This document shows positions 1-9,002 of a DNA stretch of 64,000 nt, piece after piece; within the stretch, counting starts at the first letter, position 1, and every line of letters begins with the position of its first letter. The DNA is taken from positions 5,804 through 69,803 of the forward strand of contig CAVTJN010000005.1 in the NCBI GenBank assembly GCA_963735055.1, in the 5' to 3' direction. This DNA is from an uncultured Chloroflexia bacterium (GTDB lineage Bacteria; Chloroflexota; Dehalococcoidia; Dehalococcoidales; UBA2162). The notes beneath the pieces are model-generated. The model made no database searches and was not told where the DNA came from. It saw only the letters and a list, made by a program, of their open reading frames with translations. Both the position numbers and the translations under genes were made by a program.

Positions 1-1142
1 ACGTGGTTGTCGTGCATGGCCCGGGCGGTGGCACTGGAGAGGACATAGATGCTGGCGACCGCGGGAATGTCATGGTGATTGGCCTTGAGCCAGACCTGGA
101 GCTCGTGGAGTTTGCGGACATCGTAGCCCACCTGGGTAATAATGAAACCGGCGCCGGCCTCAATCTTCCGGGTTAGCTTGTTGTATTGACCCATGACTTC
201 GGACTCATCCTGCTTGAAGGGCGAAAAAGCCACGCCGCAGAAGAAGCTGGTCGGCGCCAGGGTCGACTTCTTGAGCATGATCTCGTGCTCCATGCCCCGG
301 TTCATTTCGGCGACCAGCTGGAGGCCGGTCACCGAATCGAGGTCGAACACGGGCCGGGAGGTCCCCTGAAAAGCCGTGTTGGATGGATAGTCGCCGGTCA
401 GCACCAGCAGGTTGTTGATGCCCATGGAAGCCAACTGGTAGAGCAGGCTTTCGCACTGGTTTCTACTCCGGTCCCGGAATGCCACGTGCACCAGCGGTTC
501 CACGCCCAGCTTGCGAATCTCGCCCGACAGGATTTCGGTGGCGATGGCGGGGTTGCCCCCGGGGTTGTCGGTGACGCTGATGGCACAGATCTTGCCGCCC
601 GCGGCGGCTTTACGGGCGTTGTCAAGGACGGTCTCCTGCCGCTTCTCGAACGACCCCAACCCGGGTATCTGCTCCCATATCAGGCACAGGCCGCCCGGCT
701 CCCGCAGCGAATCCGCGAGGGTGTTGCGGCGCCCCCGCAGTGTGGCGGCGACGCGCTCGCGCAGGCCGGCGCTGAGCTGACTCCGGGGAATGGGGTTGGG
801 GGGCGGGGCGGGGCGGACAGCCAGTTCGGCGTCCAGGTAATCTTCGCCGAGCAGGACAAAGCCATCGCCGGACGGCGCCGGCTTGAGCAGGAGTACTGAA
901 GAATGGCGGGAAATCCACCCCTGGCGCAGTTCCTGGTGGAACGGAGTCATCGCATCCGTCAGCCCGCTGCCCAGCAGCAGTACGATGGCCGGTCGGGTGG
1001 TCTTGACCCGCTCGATGGCCTCAGCCGGGGTCGATGCCAGGTCGATGGTCGCCGCTGAGCCCACCGCCTGACGCACGGTATCGATCAGGCCGGCATCCTG
1101 GCCCACGATCAATATCCGGTCATGGTTGTGGCTGAGAGTCAT
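1..1142 (-). CDS. Methylenetetrahydrofolate reductase (MTHFR/MetF family); the C-terminus runs off the window. Carries a ~110-aa N-terminal flavodoxin/receiver-like extension.
   Basis: Absent from the ORF track because it is open at the window edge. My reverse-strand translation starts at the ATG (complement of 1140-1142): MTLSHNHDRILIVGQDAGLIDTVRQAV... MTHFR-type motifs present: ISVTDNPGGNP, VHVAFRDRSRNQ, INNLLVLTGDYP, KIEAGAGFIITQVGYD. Confidence 0.75.
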   Translation of the reverse strand, partial: MTLSHNHDRILIVGQDAGLIDTVRQAVGSAATIDLASTPAEAIERVKTTRPAIVLLLGSGLTDAMTPFHQELRQGWISRHSSVLLLKPAPSGDGFVLLGEDYLDAELAVRPAPPPNPIPRSQLSAGLRERVAATLRGRRNTLADSLREPGGLCLIWEQIPGLGSFEKRQETVLDNARKAAAGGKICAISVTDNPGGNPAIATEILSGEIRKLGVEPLVHVAFRDRSRNQCESLLYQLASMGINNLLVLTGDYPSNTAFQGTSRPVFDLDSVTGLQLVAEMNRGMEHEIMLKKSTLAPTSFFCGVAFSPFKQDESEVMGQYNKLTRKIEAGAGFIITQVGYDVRKLHELQVWLKANHHDIPAVASIYVLSSATARAMHDNH

Positions 1143-1211
1143 TCACCTGCCCCTGCGCAAGGCGCCTCAACGCGGTCACCGGCCGGCCCAAGGCGGGCCG
1201 GGGCCGGGCCT

Positions 1212-1448
1212 TCATCTCTCCCGGGCGTCTTCGTCGGCGACGGTCTCGGCCTTAGCCGGGGCGCCATGAGATCCGGTATCGACAACGTACCTGGGGGCGG
1301 TGAAAGGAGAATAGCCTTTGGCGATCAACTGGCCATTGCGGTAGATATCAAGCCCGATGCCGCACTTGGGGCAGGTTTGATACCGCTCAAACTGCAGGGC
1401 CCACCCTATCTGGCAGACGCCACACCGAGGACAGCGACCCTCTAGCAT
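1212..1448 (-). CDS. Small zinc-ribbon protein (two CxxC pairs)
   Basis: 78-aa ORF with CPRCG...CPKCG, lying directly upstream of and co-oriented with the MTHFR gene. Confidence 0.5.
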   Translation of the reverse strand: MLEGRCPRCGVCQIGWALQFERYQTCPKCGIGLDIYRNGQLIAKGYSPFTAPRYVVDTGSHGAPAKAETVADEDARER

Positions 1449-1695
1449 GATTCAATTATCGGATCGCGCTCGCGGCCTGTCAATCGAGACCGCCAATCAA
1501 GGGATGACGCGCCCATTAGGGCCGTTCATCTCCCGCCCCGCGTTATCTCGCTCGTTCTTCAATTCTCGAATTCATCAGGCGTCGGATGCCCTTCTTAATG
1601 GTTCGATTACGAACCACGGTTGACATCCGGCATGGACGCATAATATCCTGACGGGAGTGTTCCGCCCCGCCCTATCATTCGAAGAGGAGTGACCG

Positions 1696-2013
1696 ATGAC
1701 ACCGAAGTGGGACCTGGAGAGGCGTCCGCCGCCGACGGCGCGGGAGAGAGTGAATGCATTTCTCACCGCCGGGATATCCACAGCGATTCCCTTCGTGGTC
1801 CTGTTTATTCTGACGACGGCGATGGTGGGGAAGGGGGGCGAATTGGTCTGGATGGGCTCGCTGGCCCTGTGTGTCGTCGCCCTCCTGGTGGGCGCCGGAT
1901 TCGCCATCGCCGACAAACGGCGGATCGCCCTGGGCATTCTGGCCGGGGTGGCGGTTGGGCTCGTCGGCCTAGTTGTCAGTTGCTCCGTCGTACTGGCGGC
2001 GCCGGCGGCATAG
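1696..2013 (+). CDS. Small integral membrane protein (about 3 TM helices)
   Basis: 105-aa ORF with a GAGGAG Shine-Dalgarno site just upstream of the ATG and hydrophobic stretches (IPFVVLFILTTAMV, LALCVVALLVGAGFAI, LAGVAVGLVGLVV). The overlapping 174-aa minus-strand ORF looks like an antisense artefact. Confidence 0.5.
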   Translation: MTPKWDLERRPPPTARERVNAFLTAGISTAIPFVVLFILTTAMVGKGGELVWMGSLALCVVALLVGAGFAIADKRRIALGILAGVAVGLVGLVVSCSVVLAAPAA

Positions 2014-2095
2014 CAGTATCCCACCTGTCGTCGAGGCTCGACGTGCCTCTCCAAGAACCGGGGGTACGAACCGAAACCTCTCCGCGAGGATCCCC

Positions 2096-2869
2096 TCATT
2101 GCGTTGGATTGGCCGCCGCTAACGCATCCGATCTCGAGGATTCCGGCCGGAGCACCCTCAGCCGGCAGACCAGGGCCGGCGGGATGCGCTGGTAGACATT
2201 GTCAAAGATGCTTCCGCCGGCAACGCCGTCTGCGAACGAAGGCTCTTCATAGGCATCGAGTACGAATCCGGCGGCAAAGAAACGCGTCAGAATGGCCGAG
2301 ACCGGCCGGTGAAAGTAGTACTGCGGTTTCGGCTGCCCCACCATCCCCACCCCCAGCCTGGTTCTCTCGACCAGGTAGTCCCTTACACTGACACCATAGC
2401 GGTTCTTGACTTCGCCTCCCAGATCGTCCTGCTCGTGGACCAGCACCGTTTCGCCCGAGTTGAAGCACGGATGAAGAATGGAAAATACGAATACCCCGCC
2501 GGCCTTCAGCAGCGAGGGCAGGTGCCGGGCGAGACCATCGATGTCGGCCATGTCCATCAGGGCCATGGTGCATACCACGGCATCAAAGGAAAGCCCCGCC
2601 AGCCGGGCCAGGTCCGCGTCGCAGGTCACGTCGGCGACCTGGTAGTCGATATTCTGGCCACCCCGGGACCGGGCAATATCGATGAACTTCTCCGCGAAGT
2701 CGATGGCGGTAACGTACGCTCCCAATGCCGCCAGTCTGCGGGCGAACTGCCCGTTGCCGCAGGCGATGTCCAGAACGCGGTCTCCGGCCTTTGTCGCCAG
2801 TAGCCGAAGCTGCGTCGGCTCGATCAGAGTCCGGTGGAAGCTATTGCCCCCGTCGCCCCATCCGCCCAT
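2096..2869 (-). CDS. Class I SAM-dependent methyltransferase
   Basis: Motif I VLDIACGNGQFARRLA, followed by VTAIDFAEKFI and FDAVVCTMALMD, typical of the Methyltransf_11/25 fold. Confidence 0.85.
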   Translation of the reverse strand: MGGWGDGGNSFHRTLIEPTQLRLLATKAGDRVLDIACGNGQFARRLAALGAYVTAIDFAEKFIDIARSRGGQNIDYQVADVTCDADLARLAGLSFDAVVCTMALMDMADIDGLARHLPSLLKAGGVFVFSILHPCFNSGETVLVHEQDDLGGEVKNRYGVSVRDYLVERTRLGVGMVGQPKPQYYFHRPVSAILTRFFAAGFVLDAYEEPSFADGVAGGSIFDNVYQRIPPALVCRLRVLRPESSRSDALAAANPTQ

Positions 2870-3185
2870 CCCAGAACGCCGCGTTGGCGTTCCAGACGTC
2901 CTTCACTTCATCATCAGGCATTTCGTCACCTCCATTGAACTCCCATCCCGGAACACCACTAGTGCAGTGCATCTCAAAGAGCGTTACCCTCCGATTCCGC
3001 TCCCACTGACCATGTCGAAGGGCGCCGATGGTGACTCCAAGTTCAAGAACAGTAACGAAGCGTCAGACGCACTACACCAGCTGGACTATTCTAGTACATC
3101 TGCAGAATGCCTTTTACAAAATCCGGCGAGATGGTGTAGAATGGCTGATACAGTATCAACTCAATTACTTAGAGGAGAAAGCAAC

Positions 3186-3569
3186 ATGGCAGCAAGGAAA
3201 CTCACCTCCTGGGCCCTGGTACTCGGATTGATGGTAGTGTTGTCACTACTGGTCGCTTGCGGCACGAGTTCGTCGACGACCACCAAGCCGACGACGACCA
3301 CTCCGGCAGCGACTACTCCGAAGACCACGACTCCAGCAGCCACCACGCCACAGACGACGACCCCAGCCGCCACCACGACCGCCGCGGCGGCGCCCAAAGC
3401 ACCCAAGGCGATTCATGATGCAGCATATGCAGCGAGCCCCGCGGCCTGCGCCACCTGCCACACAGTCGGTGGCGCCGGCGTAGGCGCGACGGGCGGCACG
3501 GGCATGCCGACCAGCCATAACGGCCGCACCAACGACACCTGCAAGGCCTGTCACCAGCTGGGATCCTAA
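3186..3569 (+). CDS. Small dihaem c-type cytochrome lipoprotein with a Thr/Pro-repeat linker
   Basis: GGAGAAAG Shine-Dalgarno site 5-6 nt before the ATG at 3186. Signal peptide plus lipobox (LLVAC). Repeat TTTPAATTPKTTTPAATTPQTTTPAATT. Two CxxCH haem motifs (CATCH, CKACH). In frame with track ORF 2682..3569. Confidence 0.75.
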   Translation: MAARKLTSWALVLGLMVVLSLLVACGTSSSTTTKPTTTTPAATTPKTTTPAATTPQTTTPAATTTAAAAPKAPKAIHDAAYAASPAACATCHTVGGAGVGATGGTGMPTSHNGRTNDTCKACHQLGS

Positions 3570-3690
3570 CGACCGATCGAGCAGGCAGTACAGACGCCAC
3601 AGGCCCGTCGAGGGACGATCAACGCCAACCCTTGACGTGGCCTTGGTTTGTCTGTTTAATGAATAGTACGGGGCCGGTGGCGCCCCGCAT

Positions 3691-3773
<83 letters not shown>

Positions 3774-4602
3774 CCAATTTCACTCTCAAACGTTCACAAA
3801 ACGTTCACAAGATTCCTGTCTGTTTACCAGTGAACTACTGACCGATTTTCTCAAGGCTCGACCGCAGGGCACGACTCCCAAGAGCATCTCAACCTATCAC
3901 TACGCACTGGACAACTTTGTAGGTTGCCCGTTCACTGCCGAGGGAATAACCGACTATCTGTCTGCCCTAACGTGTAGAAACGGAAAGCTCAAGTTCTACT
4001 CGTGTCTGAGAACTCTGTGCAACTGGCTGCATCGGACCGGTTTCATTTCACAGAATCCGATAGAGTTGGTGCCCGTGCCCAAGACTCAGAAGAGACTCCT
4101 TCAAGCAATCACCAAAGACCAGTTCGAGACTATCCTTGGCTCTTGCCGCTGTGACAGGGATAAGGCTTTGATTTCGTTGCTGTGGCACTCGGGCATGAGG
4201 ATTGCTGAGGTCGTGAATGTCAGGGCAAGCGATTTTGAATGGGTTGAGGGTACAGTAGTTGTGCTGGGTAAAGGCAATCGCTTTCGAAAGGCTCTTGCGG
4301 GCAATGGCGCCGTCAGAAGCTGGTTCAGCAAGCACGTTACCTTCGAGATTTCCAAGGCTGGAGCCACAGTGATGCTCAGGCGCCTGGGCAAGTATTCGGG
4401 CATACACTGCAATGCTCACAGCTTCAGGCGTGGCTTCTGCGTTCAGCAAGTGAAGTCTGGCCTGTCCACCCGTGTAGTGCAGTCACTTGGAGGCTGGGAA
4501 AGCATATCGATGGTTGAGAGATACAGCAAGTCACTGTCCTTCGATGAGAGTCTCAGACTCTACAGGCTGAAGAACGCTGAGACACAAGCTGTCCTCAGTT
4601 AG
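3774..4602 (+). CDS. Tyrosine recombinase/integrase, catalytic part (putative Int(C) fragment; no in-frame start codon of its own)
   Basis: Catalytic signature present: GMRIAEV (R), HSFRRG (HxxR), GGWESISMVERY (Y). The ORF is open from 3721 through the att core. There is no ATG/GTG/TTG in frame between the core and the conserved N-terminal region. The only one is a TTG in the tRNA anticodon loop. Confidence 0.8.
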
Positions 4603-4695
4603 GGCGGATGGGAAAGCCTTGAGATGGTGCAGAGGTACACGAGGTCAATGACGTTTCAGGATAGTGTCAGTTTCTGTTGGGCTCCGACGTCCTAA
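4603..4695 (+). pseudogene. Relic of a second integrase C-terminus
   Basis: Directly after the integrase TAG stop and in the same frame: GGWESLEMVQRYTRSMTFQDSVSFCWAPTS*. This parallels GGWESISMVERYSKSLSFDES of the intact gene, 114 nt upstream. Confidence 0.6.
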
Positions 4696-5185
4696 AGGGC
4701 GTGGGTCCGTCTTTCACTGTGTCGCCCTGCACAATTCGAAGCATGCCCGTCGAATCCTCGCACGTAAAGTAGTAACTGAACCCGGTAGGCCTAGACGAAG
4801 TGACCGTCCATTGGCCGGAGCGCAATTCTTGGTCTTCCGTCATCTCCCGCACCTCGATGAGCCAATTGCCTGCTTCAACCTTTCGCCACGCAAGCCGTTC
4901 TCTCGTTGGTACCGATTCAGCCTTCTCTAGATATTTGGCACTCACCACTTCTCCGAAGAACTTCGTGCGACTTGACGAGCCTTCAGAACCTATGTAGTTG
5001 ACACTCAGTACCTGTCGAACCCGCTCAATGACCTCGTCAGCAGTCTTCGTAGGTCGTGGAGTTTTCCCACAGCCAATGGCGGACATGAGCACCGTGGATA
5101 GCACCGCTAGAACAACAACGAACGCTGTCAACGTTTTCTTCATATGTCTGGCCAGACGGTAAGATGGCTGGGTTGCTGAGCTCAT
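4667..5185 (-). CDS. Hypothetical lipoprotein (island cargo)
   Basis: MKKTLTAFVVVLAVLSTVLMSAIGCGK is a signal peptide plus lipobox. The start is uncertain (5185 or the MKK at 5143). Confidence 0.55.
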   Translation of the reverse strand: MSSATQPSYRLARHMKKTLTAFVVVLAVLSTVLMSAIGCGKTPRPTKTADEVIERVRQVLSVNYIGSEGSSSRTKFFGEVVSAKYLEKAESVPTRERLAWRKVEAGNWLIEVREMTEDQELRSGQWTVTSSRPTGFSYYFTCEDSTGMLRIVQGDTVKDGPTPFRTSEPNRN

Positions 5186-5360
5186 GCCCCTCTCAGGTGA
5201 CTCAATTCTCAGGCAGGTCGTAGTCTCTCGCTCACTTTCACCAAATTGAAGGGGCTTCAGCCTCGTTTGTCAAGACCCTCCCTCCCACGATGCCCAGCGA
5301 CCCCTCGTTACCTTGAGATATTGCCGTCAGCGGTTCAAGAGCAAAAAAGGGCACCAATGT

Positions 5361-5705
5361 CTAATTCGCATTGTCAGCTGCCCTCTTTGCCTCGGCTGGA
5401 TTATCAGCGATGGCAATCACTGCTCTGTAGTAGGTCCTCTTCTTACTGCCTCTTACTCCGAAGTCGCCTTCAGCCAGAAAGAACTCGCCACTTGAGGCAG
5501 AAGACGGGTCGTCAAAATTCTGCGAAATGGGGAGTCCATAATTACTAACCTGCACGATGAGAGATTCGAGCACTCTTACCATGTTGTTTCTAAGTTGTGA
5601 GTCCGTCAGCATCAAACTGCTCCTTGGCCAAAGTACCTGATTATCGCACAAGGCGGTGGCCAGAGTAATGACGAGGCCAACCACCAAGGTCAATAGAACC
5701 GACAT
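5361..5705 (-). CDS. Hypothetical protein with an N-terminal signal/TM segment
   Basis: 114-aa ORF starting MSVLLTLVVGLVITLATALC. I recognise no family. Confidence 0.4.
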   Translation of the reverse strand: MSVLLTLVVGLVITLATALCDNQVLWPRSSLMLTDSQLRNNMVRVLESLIVQVSNYGLPISQNFDDPSSASSGEFFLAEGDFGVRGSKKRTYYRAVIAIADNPAEAKRAADNAN

Positions 5706-6189
5706 CCCCGAAGCCTGCGAAGGGCAGGACTAGGGCAGAACAAACCAAAATCGCTTGCCCTGACGCATGGACAATCCTAAAAAGAGGCATAGTGGCGCTT
5801 GTGTCTGCCCCAAATAGGGCAAATTCGGAAGATGACGCTGACCAGTTCGTAGTACCTCAAAGATAACTGCGGCTACTAGTTCCCCCCATATAACTGCGGC
5901 TGGGCATTAACCACCAAAAACCTCTTTCCTTTCGGGGTTGCTGGCTGGATGGCATGTCTGACCGTCTGGCGGCAAGGTTCGGAGTACAGGCAAAACCTTC
6001 AAGAATATCTAGCTGTACCCTATGTTTTCAGCCAAAGAGGGCAGGCTAGGGGGCTACCATGCCCAGCGACCTTTGTGTCCGGTGTAACCATACCCTCCCG
6101 CAGTTGAATGCTAAAAAAGGCAGGCTAGAATCGGTGATCTGTCAATAGAGGCGAATCGCGGGTAGTGTATCAGTTTGAATAGCGGGTCT

Positions 6190-6399
6190 TCACGAGAAGA
6201 ATAGAGTGCGGATTATAACATAGAGGACAAACCCAGCAAAACCGACTGCCCAGATACCACCAAACCGCCAGGCCCAAGTCATCAACCCTGGTGGTAGGGA
6301 ATGCTGTTCCTCACCCAAATCGCGAGCGTGTCTAAGGAAATAGATCCCTATTCCGAGGGCGAAGAAGAATCCAATGGCTCCCACGATATAGAACATCAT
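6190..6399 (-). CDS. Small membrane protein (2 TM)
   Basis: Track ORF 6190..6468. An internal start (MMFYIVGAIGFFFALGIGIYFL) is more plausible, because the long form abuts the divergent gene at 6469. Confidence 0.4.
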   Translation of the reverse strand: MMFYIVGAIGFFFALGIGIYFLRHARDLGEEQHSLPPGLMTWAWRFGGIWAVGFAGFVLYVIIRTLFFS

Positions 6400-6468
6400 G
6401 CTGATCGACCTTCCGATTTCTGGTCCATATTGACACATCTGCGAACATCTTGCTAGACTGTCGGTCAA

Positions 6469-6945
6469 ATGCCGATTGAGATATTCACTGTCGGATGGAC
6501 AAAGCTGCTACCATTTGACAGCGCTTTGAACCAGTCTGCCTCTCAAGAAGGTGGCATCTATGCCATGTACATAAAGATGCCAAGCAGATACAGGATTCAG
6601 TACGTAGGGAAGTCCAAGGATTTCTTCAAACGTTCTGGCACACACCGCAATGCAGCTTCTCACATGATGACCGACGCACAGTTGAAGAAATGCTTCATCG
6701 CTTTCGGGCTGGTTTCCTGTTTCGAGAAGAGCCGAATGTCCCACGACATCACCGCGGATCAACTCCTTGCCCTTGAAACCTTCTTGATCAACGACGCTAA
6801 ACCGATTGGGAACGATGAGGCGACGAAGAAGGGATACAAAGGCAATCCCATCATTGTTTTCAATACTGGCAACAGAGGGTTCTTCCAAAAGGTCATGTCA
6901 AACTGCCCAGACCTCGTCAAGTTTATGAAGGCCAGCTTCGGCTAG
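6469..6945 (+). CDS. GIY-YIG domain protein
   Basis: GGIYAMY...x10...YVGKSKDF, then R/H residues and a later E...N (LETFLINDAKPIGN). This is a GIY-YIG nuclease-fold signature. Confidence 0.6.
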   Translation: MPIEIFTVGWTKLLPFDSALNQSASQEGGIYAMYIKMPSRYRIQYVGKSKDFFKRSGTHRNAASHMMTDAQLKKCFIAFGLVSCFEKSRMSHDITADQLLALETFLINDAKPIGNDEATKKGYKGNPIIVFNTGNRGFFQKVMSNCPDLVKFMKASFG

Positions 6946-6969
6946 TACCCATATCCTGATCCTTCCGCA

Positions 6970-8330
6970 TCTGCAGAACGTCTCCCTTATTCCCAGCGAT
7001 TGTTCCTAATCGCCGATTGCCTGCGATATTCATGGGAGCGGGCAGTCCGACAAGAGCCCACTGCGGCTCATGGCAAGTCCCTTGGGCCACGATGCAGGGA
7101 ATTGTTTATTCAACTCCGAGCTAGCCTCCGCACCTCAGCGTGGCCCCAAGCTGGGCAGGCACCGAATTCGCAAATTACCTGCCTGTTGAAACATTAGCCA
7201 AAGCACGTGTTATTCCTGTCAACGTTCAGATGGTCAAGGGAAAGCGACAGATCATTGACTCGACTCCGGTGTTTGCGAACATATCCCTGAGCAGCCTCAG
7301 CGGCCTAGTCAGAAAGTGCCGCGAAAACGTGCTGAAGACTGTGGCAAAGCAGGATACGAAGATGGCGGAAGAGTTGGGTGCGACGGAACTGCGGAATGCG
7401 ACGCCGGTGAAGTTCAGCTCCAGCGAAGAGGCTTTGCAGATAGAGATCGCAGCGGCCGGCACGTTATTGGACCGAGTCACTGCCGGGCTAGAGGCCAGGA
7501 AGATAAAGCCAACCAAGGAACTCCAAAAGGACCTCGCGCTGCTGGAAAAGGCGGTTGCGGACCGGGCTGAGCATGCCAAGGATAAGCTGATCAGCCCGGT
7601 AGATCCTGATGCCAGGACGGGGAAAAAGGGTAGCACCAAGTGGGAAGGCTACAAGACCCACATTGTCATGGAAGAAGAAAGCGGCATTATCACTGAAGTA
7701 GCAACCACCCCGGCCAACGCTACTGATGGCAGCCAGCTCCGGCCCCTGCTGAAGCAGCAGGAGAAAGTCCACTCTCTCACGCCACAAGAACTCACCGCTG
7801 ATAAAGCTTACGACTGGGGAGAAAACCTCGAATCGCTCGCAGCTCACAAGACCATCGCCAATATCGCCCTCACCAGGCAGTTTAACCCCCGGAGCGCCGG
7901 GTACTTTACCGTGGACGATTTCCTTTACGACCCGGAGAAGATCAAACTCATGTGCCCGGCGGGACATATCTCAGCCAGCTGCTACTCCGAGGTCCTCCGT
8001 TACAACTACCGTCTGAACAAGCCGGGTTACGCCTTCCAGTTCAAGGCAAGCCTGTGCAACGCCTGTCCACTGAAACCTAAGTGCGTGAAGAACAAAGAAG
8101 GTAGACGGGTCTACATCAGCTACTATGAGCCGTACTTTAGAATGGCAAGAGAAAGGCTGGCCACGGAAGAAGGGAAAGAAGCCTACCGTAACCGCTACAG
8201 GGTTGAGCAGAAGATGGCCGATCTCACCCGGTACTGCGGACTCAGGAACTGCCGCTACCGCGGCCTGGGCAGGCAAAAAAGAAGGGGGCGGGCAAGAGAG
8301 GGCAGAATAAGCCAAAATCGTGGCTTATGA
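6970..8330 (+). pseudogene. IS1182/IS5-like DDE transposase remnant (frameshifted N-terminus, aberrant C-terminus)
   Basis: Track ORF 7140..8330 carries KGKRQIIDSTPV, DPDARTGKKG..KWEGYKTHIV, LTADKAYD, CNACPLKPKC and RYRGLG. A DUF772-like stretch (ERLPYSQRLFLIADCLRYSWERAV) sits upstream in another frame. After RYRGLG the sequence no longer resembles the family. Confidence 0.65.
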
Positions 8331-8496
8331 GGTGCGGTCTGCTCTGAGGAGAAGTCAGGGGAGCTTGTTTTGGTGCCAGACAGGGCAGATTCCGACATTG
8401 ACGACAAGGCCATGATATACCTCTGAAAGAGGGGCAGCAGGGGAAAAAGGAACGTCGGACTGCCTGGAAATTCGTGCGTCCGTTTTTACAGAAGGA

Positions 8497-8958
8497 TCAA
8501 CACTGTTTGTTGAACGGCGGCTGCAGGACGCCTATGGCAAAATGCTCGGTGAAGGCACGTTGCCAAGAATCTGTCACTTCAATGCACCGAATCAAGTAAT
8601 CATCAATCGACTGGGGGTATTCCGGGAACAATTTCAGCATGCCTTTCAAGTCAGAATTCGTGTTTATGCTACGATGGTCTTTCATTCTGCCGATGACCGA
8701 CTTGCTTCTCGTCTTCCCGACGTAAACAATCTCGTCGTCTGCAGGGGTGCTTATGCAGTAGATGCCCTCCACGTTGAACTCTCGTGGCTGACCGTCAATG
8801 ACGTCCGCCAATCTGAATGGCTTCGAAGACGTCAAGAGAGTAATACACTCTCTAAGACTGGTAATCCGACTGTCTGTCTCTTCCTGCACAGAATTGCTTC
8901 TCCAGATGTGTCTCGACAAGCAGAGGAACCCGTGCCAATTTGGTAAAGGGACAGACAT
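8497..8958 (-). CDS. GIY-YIG domain protein (second copy, divergent sequence)
   Basis: VEGIYCISTPADDEIVYVGKTRS...RMKDHRS...FTEHFAIGVLQPPFNKQ, i.e. a GIY-x11-YVG...R...E...N pattern. Confidence 0.55.
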   Translation of the reverse strand: MSVPLPNWHGFLCLSRHIWRSNSVQEETDSRITSLRECITLLTSSKPFRLADVIDGQPREFNVEGIYCISTPADDEIVYVGKTRSKSVIGRMKDHRSINTNSDLKGMLKLFPEYPQSIDDYLIRCIEVTDSWQRAFTEHFAIGVLQPPFNKQC

Positions 8959-9002
8959 CTTCTATCCCTTATATAGGGAATAGCGATTTGTCCTGTCCGT
9001 GC

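Noticed and set aside
186-899. 237-aa plus-strand ORF
   Set aside because: It is antisense to a clearly recognisable MTHFR gene. The Arg/Gly/Pro/Ala-rich composition is typical of spurious antisense ORFs in GC-rich DNA.
1575-2099. 174-aa minus-strand ORF
   Set aside because: It is Arg/Ser/Pro-rich with no recognisable features. The opposite-strand 105-aa ORF has a Shine-Dalgarno site and clean TM helices.
3270-3380. ACC/ACG/CCG-rich simple-sequence tracts (also near 22690-22790, 27930-28020, 29900-29990, 34215-34310, 45975-46060 and 57735-57830)
   Set aside because: They are the in-frame Thr/Pro linkers of lipoproteins, not independent microsatellites or mobile repeats.
7140-8330. Transposase ORF as an intact gene
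   Set aside because: It lacks the ~150-aa N-terminal region of IS1182-type transposases (traces are found in another frame upstream). It also diverges from the family after RYRGLG. I treat it as a remnant.
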